From Eremomyces bilateralis CBS 781.70 (Eukaryota): a stretch of 20,000 bases of DNA. The notes beneath the pieces are model-generated. The model was not told the DNA's origin and searched no databases. It worked only from the letters and a program-made list of their open reading frames with translations. The DNA lies in assembly GCA_010015585.1 (NCBI GenBank), contig ML975155.1. One strand, written 5' to 3'. This document shows positions 11,404-19,969 of this stretch, one piece after another. Both the position numbers and the translations under genes were made by a program. Every line of letters begins with the position of its first letter. The first letter of the stretch is position 1.

Positions 11404-12381
11404 TCAGAGTTCAATCAGATCTGGAGCTGGAGGGCCAACACCGCGGAGCAGGACAATCATATTACCGGACTTGCAAACCTCGCCCAGTTTCTCGGAAAAT
11501 TCCAAGAGCCGTCCAGCTTCCACGTGGAAAACCCTCAACTTGTCCCCTTCCCCTTCCCGTCGATTATTCACGTTTTCCACTTGGAGCGTTTTGCTTGCCG
11601 CATCCAGAACGCGACCGATGGTCCAGTCCGCACTGTAGTAGAACTTCCCCGTCGGGTGTTTCGCGGTGGTGGTGTCCGCCGACGCTTCCACATGCAAATA
11701 TATTCTCTTTTCCTGAGGTACTTTGGCGTCCCCCTTTGCTGAGCGCTTCAACTCTGCCAGAGCCTGTGCTTGAGCGGCGGGAGATGTGGAGGACGCCTTG
11801 GGTTTGAACGGGGAAGACAACGTTTTGGTTGACGACGTGATTCCATCTTTGGCCACCGTCTTCTTGGCGGCACCCCACGCGCGGAGTCTCTGCAGGGCGG
11901 CCAGTCCTTTTTCTTTGCTCTTTTGCTGCTCCGATCCGGGGCGAGCCCCTCGGGGAGTAAGTTTCGAGCAACCGTGGTCCTCGTTCATGCGATGCTTGAG
12001 GCAGTAGGTGCGGTTACAGGTCGCGCAGTGGACGCCCGGAGTGAGCGGCGTGTCGACCAAGGTTTTGCATGATGGTTCGCTGCATTGTTGCTCATGTGTA
12101 AGAAGACTCGGTTTTGTCGATGCACGGTTTCCTGACGGAGACAGTGCTTCTCGTCGTGCTCGAGCCCAGGCCCCCGCGTTGGTGCAGGAATGGGTCGACT
12201 CGGTTCGGTGATCCAGGCAGAACGTGCCTTTGCAAGATTCGCAGCGGAAAGGGAGGAAATCCAGTTGGTGGCAGAACGCCATCTGACAGTGGGCACCGAT
12301 CGCTTCGACATCGCCAACTGCCATCTTGCTATAACTTGACGCTTCCGCCGAGGATGAGTTGGAATCTTTTGGCAGGGCCAT
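11404..12381 (-). CDS. AN1-type zinc finger protein, Cuz1/ZFAND1-like (two AN1 fingers plus C-terminal ubiquitin-like region), about 325 aa, intronless
   Basis: ATG at 12381 sits in a CCGCCATGG context. Finger 1 is HCQMAFCHQLDFLPFRCESCKGTFCLDHRTESTHSC and finger 2 is CSEPSCKTLV...HCATCNRTYCLKHRMNEDHGC. The C-terminal AKGDAKVP...RIYLHVE...WTIGRVLDAA motif is typical of ZFAND1/Cuz1. Confidence 0.9.
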   Translation of the reverse strand: MALPKDSNSSSAEASSYSKMAVGDVEAIGAHCQMAFCHQLDFLPFRCESCKGTFCLDHRTESTHSCTNAGAWARARREALSPSGNRASTKPSLLTHEQQCSEPSCKTLVDTPLTPGVHCATCNRTYCLKHRMNEDHGCSKLTPRGARPGSEQQKSKEKGLAALQRLRAWGAAKKTVAKDGITSSTKTLSSPFKPKASSTSPAAQAQALAELKRSAKGDAKVPQEKRIYLHVEASADTTTAKHPTGKFYYSADWTIGRVLDAASKTLQVENVNNRREGEGDKLRVFHVEAGRLLEFSEKLGEVCKSGNMIVLLRGVGPPAPDLIEL

Positions 12382-13622
12382 GGCGGAAGTGATGGAAATT
12401 TGACGAGAATATATAAGCGGCCAACGATGATTAATGTCCGCCGGCAGGCAGTGGACACGTACGGGCTTGGAGCCTCTGAAGTCAAGTAATAGAAGCTGCT
12501 GGAAGTGGTGGCGGAGGGGGACATCGCAGCATGCGGTGGTCGGGTGGTGAGTCTGGCCGCGATGACAAATTGCGGCCTGAGGCAAATTAGGTCAATTTTT
12601 TCGGGAACCCTGGATATCACGTGCCACCTGTATTGTCTTGATCTCTCATAACTCATAAGGCTGAGGGCCCAGAGGGGAACATCCGATCACCGGGCCTTTC
12701 CCCCTCATGCGCCCTCCAACCATAATAGCTGAGAAGGCTGCAATAGTTGATTATAGTTCAATGAAGTGTGAAGAATCGATTACGATCCTAATCTCAGCTA
12801 ATTTCCAATTTGTGGGCTGTTTGCAGAAAAATGTTCTTGTGCCGGATTTATATAGTAGCTTAATAGAGCAAATGTGGTCTCTCCAGACATCCAGGCCAAA
12901 CAACGGCAATCGGGTATTGAAGTGCTAGCCAAAGTTACAATATGGAAACCATGAATTGTTGTTGAAATGATGTTTGCCTTCCCAATCCAGATTGTACGCC
13001 TGAAGAAGCCATGGCATTAATGTTTGGGACGCATCACCTGAAGACAAAGAGTAGGCATATGTATTATGCTTCTTTTTAAGCCAGTTAGGTAGCAGCTCTA
13101 ATTAATGTCTTCTAGATTTATAGAGGCTCGCGGCCCGTATGGCCGTCACTGGGAGCTCTCCAATTTTGGCGACCCCTGGTGGAAGTTCATTCTTAAAGCT
13201 TTACTGCGTCCTCCTCGGGTTTGAGAAGCGGCAGATATAATGAACTGGTACATGGCCTAAACGATTCGCATCAACTCCAGTATTGTCAGTCTCCGCAATA
13301 TCCATGGAGGACTCTCACACCCACATGGACGGAATACACTGTGCCAGATGTCCGCAACTCCCCGGCCACTCCTTCAGGCACAACTTGCCGCTCATCCCAG
13401 ATAGTCGTCCGCTCATGTCCTCCCGTAGTAGTAATATGGAATCGGCGACCATCCCATTCCAACAGCCACGTATGCTATGCAGAGCAATACATCTTCAAGA
13501 CAAGAGCTTAGAGGACTCTCGTAATGCTCTGATGATGATGTACAGGGGATTGAGGTTCAATATCAGTGGTGCGATCCAACACACATGACATGTTGTTGAA
13601 CCACGTTGATATCAGACAATCA

Positions 13623-14703
13623 TCAAGCCTTGCCATTTGTAGAATTCGTTTTCCGCTGATTTACACTCTGAAGAGCCTGAAGATTAAGACTAGAGAGCTT
13701 TGTGCTGCTTTCCGAAAATATGCCCTTGAGGAAATCGATGGTATCGCATGTGTTGCCGTACCCGTTGTAGTGTGTGCTCCTTTTGCACATAGAGGGTTTA
13801 GTAAACTCGTTAGTGATCTTGAATAACCCGTCATATGAAATGCCTTCGTAACCCTGTTCTCGCGATGTAAAACTGCCTTCTACGTGCCCTCTAAATGTTG
13901 GGAGAACTCGCAGCTCGGTTAACTGCCTGGCTAGTTGACCAAGCATATGAAGTCGACAGTCCAGCGTGGGACAAATCTCTGGTCGGCAGAAAGATGGGCG
14001 AGGGAATTGGGAATCAAATTGATCGGAAGCCAATCGATCGAAAGCCATTTCGAATCGCTCTATCACTTTGGATACAATTTTCTTTCTTCGCTGATCTATC
14101 GCATCTAAGAATGGGTCAGAGCATTGCTTGTAGTCGTGACGCGTTTGGCATACCTGTGACGACTTGAGGGGTTGGGTATTCTCCTGGATCGACTGCGTTT
14201 TCTGCCTTACGAACCCAGTTCTTTGAAACCAGACCAAAAATGGCTGAATTAGGAAAAATCCAAGAGAGGAAGAGCCACTCGGCACTCATTTCGCCTCCTT
14301 CAAGTGCAGGTTCATCGCATTTGAACGCGTCATCCACCCATCGCTCGGCCTGATATTCAATTACTTCTAGGCACTCGTAGTAATCGACCAATTTTCCAAC
14401 CTGGAGCAGCTCCGCCTTCGGCAACGACTTGGGCACTTTTCGAAATCGGCCGTGCATTGCATTCAAAATGATCGAGTAACTGGTTGGTCCACATGAAGGA
14501 AGGGCACTGACATCCAAGCTTCCAGACTTTACGGACTCTGACTCTTTCCAAGGGCCAGAAAACATGCGATCGAAATAGGGAGAAGCCACAGATAAATGAC
14601 GTGAGGAGGCGAGGAACGACACAAGTTTGATCTCTTCTTCTGGGAAGGCAATATTAAGGGTCAGATCCCCCTTTGGATCGAGGGTTTGAAAGTTTGAAGT
14701 CAT
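13623..14703 (-). CDS. Fungal BTB/POZ-domain protein, about 343 aa; exons 14703-14154 and 14104-13623
   Basis: N-terminal LDPKGDLTL...FLASSRHLSVASPYFDRMFSGPWKES...IILNAMHG...LVDYYEC is the typical fungal BTB signature. A 49-nt intron (GTATGC...CTGAC...TAG, 14153-14105) joins the ORF-track frames 14116..14703 and 13623..14285 in phase. Confidence 0.88.
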
Positions 14704-15356
14704 AATTGGAGGCCCAAGAAGGGGACGATAGCGTTGGGTGAGGAAACCCTGTGGCCGATATCCCCGTGGTAGGTAGACTGGTAATTGTTCCTATCCAGTA
14801 TGAGGGCCCCATTTCATTGATATGTATCATAATGACTTACCAAAGAAACACGATTGACAACAAGGAGTATTGAACGTAACTGTCAACCCGATGATCTTAA
14901 GTTGCCGCAATGCGCATGTGTTACAGGTACTGGTACTTAGATATATCTAACTACTTCAGATCACTTTCTGTTTACAACAGCAGTTGGAGCAGAGGGACAT
15001 AGAGGTTGAAAGAAGAAAAGTGGGCCAGCCGGGGTTCACACATCGGTAGAAATTCGGTTCAGTTCCTGAGCATCATGGGCTTCGGAGCGGAGACAACACC
15101 GCACCGGACTTTATTAGTGGAGTAAGGGTCAGTGCTAGTATCAATAACATCACGTTGCGATGCGTCGAAAAAGCCTGGAATGTTCAGCAGCAACGGACTG
15201 TCATTCTCATTCTCGATCCAGATTATATAGATTTGTCCTGTATCGATGAGCAAGGCGGCTTCGCTGGAGCGACAGCGCCAAGCCGTGCATGATGATTTGT
15301 TATAACCCTAGTTCCCCACATGAGCCTCGCAGAGAGACCTGACGGTCGTATGAATG

Positions 15357-15373
15357 TCTCTCTCTCTCTCTCT
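15357..15373. repeat. (TC)n microsatellite immediately 3' of the AKR stop codon
   Basis: A run of about 8 TC dinucleotides. Confidence 0.85.
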
Positions 15374-15377
15374 GTAT

Positions 15378-16642
15378 TCATATATGTCCCTGAATAGATT
15401 TTGGCTCATACAACTCCTCTAAGTACTTCGTCTCTTCTTCAGTTAGTGTTTTCCCTGTCGCTGCAACTGCGTCATCAATCCTCTCCAAGCTACTGAACCC
15501 AATAATTGGGCTCGCCACCTTCGCATTCGTCCATGCTAGTGTCACCTGTGTCATAGTCCATCCCTTCTTCTGCGCCAACTCCTGTACTCTCTTAATCGTT
15601 TCCTTATCTGCCTCTGTTGACCAATTCGCAAAGTTCTGCGGTCCTGAACTCCTGTCTGTCTTCCCAGACTCTTCCAGCGGGCGAGCAAGCCATCCACGAG
15701 CAAGAGGCGCCCACGGAATTAGACCAACGCCCGTCTCATTGCAATATCGGTTCATCTCTCGTTCTTCTTCGCGATAGAGAAGGCTATAGTGGTTCTGCAT
15801 TGACACAAACTTTGTCCATCCGTTCTTCTCCGCGGCAAATTGCATCAAGGCGAATTGATAGGTCCACATGGAGGATGCACCGATATAGTGCACTTTTCCG
15901 GACTTCACCAGATCATGCAACGCTTCTATAGTCTCCTCGATCGGGGTGTTTTGGTCGAAGCGGTGGATTTGCAGCAGGTCAATGTAATCGGTTTGCAGTC
16001 GCGCCAAAGAATTATTGACGGCTTGGAATATCGCTTTGCGTGACAATCCTCCTTGATTGACATAGTCTTTCGATTTCGCAATCTGAGGACCCACATTGAC
16101 CGTCCGGAAAGCGGGATCCTCGGAGACATAGCCATAACATTTGGTCAGGATAACAAGCTTATGGCGCGGAATTTTGTATTTCTTGATGGCGTTGCCGATA
16201 ACTTTCTCACTGATGCCATTGCTGTAGGAGTTGGCTGTAGACAGTAAGTACGATGGAGAGTAAGATGGATCAGGAACCTGGTACCTGTGTCCCAAGTGTT
16301 GAGGCCGACATCGTAGGCATGTTTCAGGAGTGGGAGAGCCTGAGCGTCCGACGTTAGTCGATGGATACCTCAGAGAATTTAAATCAATTTCTTCGAGATA
16401 TTCTGCTAAGTAGGCGTACTTTATCCTCATCCTTTACCCAGTTCAACCTGCCATTGGTTAATTTTATTCCTGTCGAGATATTCGTTCGTCTAAGGGTCGT
16501 ACCAGTTGGAGGTACCAAAGCTCATGGCGCCCAGGATGGGGACCGACACTCGTAAGCCACTCTTTCCCAGTCTTCGATACTCCACCTTCGTCTCCTCCAC
16601 GGAGGTATTGAATCTTTTAAGAGCTTCCTCAACGGACGACAT
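15378..16642 (-). CDS. Aldo-keto reductase (YajO / aryl-alcohol dehydrogenase-like subfamily), about 359 aa; exons 16642-16503, 16447-16420, 16339-16285, 16234-15378
   Basis: Spliced protein contains [23 protein letters not shown]...[17 protein letters not shown]...LTKCY...[19 protein letters not shown]...[14 protein letters not shown]...[14 protein letters not shown], with the Asp/Tyr/Lys/His catalytic tetrad. Three GT-AG introns (55, 80 and 50 nt) restore the frame; total 1080 nt. Confidence 0.93.
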
Positions 16643-17490
16643 TGTGGCAGTAATCTCAGATAAATTTAAAAATTGCTCTCGGGTTGATGCTACCAAGGGA
16701 CGCTCAAAAGGGGTGGTAAAAGAATCAAAGGTCCTCAGACAACCGAAGGAAAATCTCGTGCTTAAATAGCTTCAACTTGACACTCGAAAAGGAAATGATC
16801 TAAAGGGTCCGATATGATCGCGCAATATCGCGTTTCTACTAGGGTAGCTATGTTTATATGTATCTTCTAGTATAAATGCGGATAGGAATAATTTCTGGGG
16901 TTTCATATCCGTACTACGCATACATACATTCGCCGGAATGGCCCCCCTATACATCAAATTGCTATTACGGAGTAAAGTTTCTTAATAAGACACGTTTCGA
17001 TCCAACAGAGAGGATGGTTGATATCCAATAGTTATCAACTCCTAACTAGCTGAACGATGACGAGGTGTTGTAGGGTATGTACGGATAAGATGTTATTAAG
17101 GAAGCAAAGGCACTGGTTGAAGGGTAGATTGCCTCTAGGCTATGCAGGATATTGGTTATGAACAGAAGAAGAATATACATAATAGTTACCTCCTTTAAAC
17201 AACCTGACGGCAGATTGACCTCCGTTTTGGGCGGTTTGTGACGCCGTTTTTACTGTAATTTGAGGACCTGTGACTGCCTCTTTGAGACTAGCGTGCCAGT
17301 TCGGGATTAGTGCTCTTTTCCGTTTTCAACCTTCCCAAAACTTTCAAACATAAATACCTCTATTATCCCCCCCTCTCGTAAACCCGCTCTCCTCTATCTT
17401 TTCCCATTCACAAATTCATTTCCTGTCCGCCTTCCTTGCCTCCCCTCTTCGTTTCCGTCGGCCCACCAGCCCACTTTCACCCCTGTGACT

Positions 17491-17620
17491 ATGCCTGCCC
17501 GCGTGAGGAGTGTTGACGATCCACCAGACATTTTCTCGCGGCGGCCACCCCGCCTACCTCCTTCATTCGATTCATGCGACTTGACTGTTCCCCCCTCTCA
17601 AAGGCCCCTCCATTCCAATG
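17491..17620 (+). CDS. Candidate first coding exon of the + strand microexon gene (MPARVRSVDDPPDIFSRRPPRLPPSFDSCDLTVPPSQRPLHSN), phase-1 end
   Basis: Lies downstream of a pyrimidine-rich promoter-like tract (about 17330-17490). The ATG has A at -3, runs 43 codons open and ends at a canonical GTGAGT donor (17621) with a stop just inside the putative intron. No homology recognised. Confidence 0.3.
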
Positions 17621-18549
17621 GTGAGTAATTCTGCCCCTTGTCTCGCTCATCCTGTCCGCCTGGGCGAAACGCCCTCGTTTCGTTACTAGCGGTGCCCCAA
17701 AACCATTAGGGCAGTAAAGGGAGAGTCACTATCTCGCGCACGAAGGCGCTGGGATATTTCTTCTCTCGGTCTCTTTAGTTTAGATTAATGGAACTTGGTG
17801 ATCGCAGACCTTGCACATCCAGATCGTGTCAAAATGTACTCGAATCATTTATAGAAGCATTACGAAAGGCTGTCTTTTCATAGGTGTTCGTGTCGCAAGA
17901 TGCCCCTCTTCGTTTCTACTACCACGCAGCATTCTTCTTCTGCCCATTACCCCCAGGCTAAGCCTATTTAGGACTGCCCACTCATTTCCTATATTTACAT
18001 ATCTTCAACGGTTTAGCTAGAGATCTCTTTTCGGGACACAATGGGAATCGTTAATAATATCAACATGCGTTGTGTCTACACAGTAACTGAGCTTAAGCAG
18101 CGAACTTGCTTAATCATCACCCCCGCGTAATGCGACAGTTTGGAGGTTGGCTTTAGTGCGGGGTTCACGGAACGCTAATACGCGATTCGCTGCTCAACGG
18201 AACTCAATTTAATAAAGTGAGGCCGAAGAATCAGCAGGCAGCTGGTGTCGTTGACCAATGAGTCAACGACATGTCGACTTTGCAGGATTCTGGTCAAAGA
18301 ACCGGTTATGACCTTGAAATAAAATGTGAAGCTCCCCTCTCGTCTGTTGTTACAGAAGAACACCTTAGATTTACTATGCACTTCACTTGCAACGGCATAC
18401 TACGCATTCAGAATAACGTGAAAAATGTCTCTGGCTTGGATTCATGACGGGTTTAAGGTACTTTTTAGTTCATCTGGCCTTCCTAAATCGATGTTAAAGG
18501 AAAGTAAAGAAACGATAAATCGCTAACTCTGTTCATCTCACTGGTTTAG

Positions 18550-19969
18550 CACGTAAGCCAACCTGTCTAAGATGGACCAGATGCTATGACAGCTAACCAT
18601 GGTCTTATTTATTGGTATAGGAAGTAAGTCGACCTTTCTAAGATAGACGGGATATTATGACGGCTGACCGTGGTCTTATTTATTGGTATAGATAGTAAGT
18701 CGACTTCTCTAAGATAGACGAGATACTATGTCAGCTGACCGTGGTCTTATTTACTGGTATAGCGGGTAAGTCGGCTTCTCTAAGATGGATGAGATGCTAT
18801 GACGGCTGACCGTGGTCTTATTTATTGGGATAGGAAGTAAGTCGGCTTCTAAGATAAACGAGATATTATGACGGCTGACCGTGGTCTTATTTATTGGTAT
18901 AGATAGTAAGTCGACTCCTTTAAGATAGACGAGATATTATGACGGCTGACCATGGTCTTATTTATTGGTATAGTGGGTAAGTCGACTTCTTTAAGATAGA
19001 CGAGATACTATGACGGCTGACCGTGGTCTTATTTACTGGTATAGATAGTAAGTCGATTTCTCTAAGATAGGTAAGATATTATGACGGCTAACCGTAGTCT
19101 TATTTATTGGTATAGCGGGTAAGTCGACTTCTCTAAGATAGAGGAAATATTATGACGGCTAACTGTGGTCTTATCTACTGGTATAGGAAGTAAGTCGACT
19201 TCTTAAGATAGACGAGATATTATGACGGCTGACCATGGTCTTATTTATTGCTATAGGCAGTAAGTCGACTTCTCTAAGATAGACGAGATATTTTGACGGC
19301 TGACTACGGTCTTATTTATTGGTATAGGAAGTAAGTCGACTTCTCTAAGATAGACTGGATATTTTAACGGCTAACCGTGGTCTTATTTATTGGTATAGAT
19401 AGTAAGTCGACTTCTCTAAGATGGATGAGATGCTATGACGGCTGACCGTGGTCTTATCTACTGGTATAGGCGGTAAGTCGACTTCTCTAAGATAGACGAG
19501 ATATTATGACGGCTAACCATGGTCTTGTTTATTGGTATAGGAAGTAAGTCGACTTCTCTAAGATAGATAAGATATTATGACGGCTGACCATAGTCTTATT
19601 TATTGCTATAGGCAGTAAGTCGACTTCTCTAAGATAGACGAGATGCTGTGATGGCTGACCGTGGTCTTATTTATTGGTATAGATAGTAAGTCCCCTTCTT
19701 TAAGATAGACGAGGTACTATGACGGCTGACCGTGGTCTTATTTATTGGTATAGCGGGTAAGTCGACTTCTCTAAGATAGACGAAATATTATGACGGCTGA
19801 CCGTGGTCTTATTTATCGGTATAGCGGGTAAGTCGACTTCTCTAAGATAGACGAGATATTGTGTCGGCTGACCGTGGTCTTATTTATTGGTATAGGAAGT
19901 AAGTCAACTTCTCTAAGATTAATAAGATATTATGACGGCTAACCGTAGTCTTATCTATTGGTATAGGAA
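18550..19969 (+). CDS. Putative coding segment made of 21 consecutive 3-nt microexons (partial gene, product unknown)
   Basis: Spacers in order: CAC GAA ATA CGG GAA ATA TGG ATA CGG GAA GCA GAA ATA GCG GAA GCA ATA CGG CGG GAA GAA. Each is flanked by an upstream TAG and a downstream GTAAG(T/C), every intervening unit has CTAAC or CTGAC, and no spacer is a stop codon. No transcript evidence is available. Confidence 0.65.

Noticed and set aside
12382..12656. N-terminal extension of the AN1 ORF to 12585 and the overlapping 223-aa ORF 11985..12656
   Set aside because: Non-ATG or poorly supported starts and no recognisable motifs. The ATG at 12381 has a strong context and lies shortly before the first AN1 finger.
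13221..13600. Short ORFs between the AN1 and BTB genes
   Set aside because: No recognisable domain, no convincing start or splice structure, and lengths compatible with chance.
15059..15253. 64-aa minus-strand ORF between the BTB and AKR genes
   Set aside because: TTG start, no motif, and it lies in the expected AKR 3' UTR/terminator zone. A gene relic cannot be excluded without a homology search.
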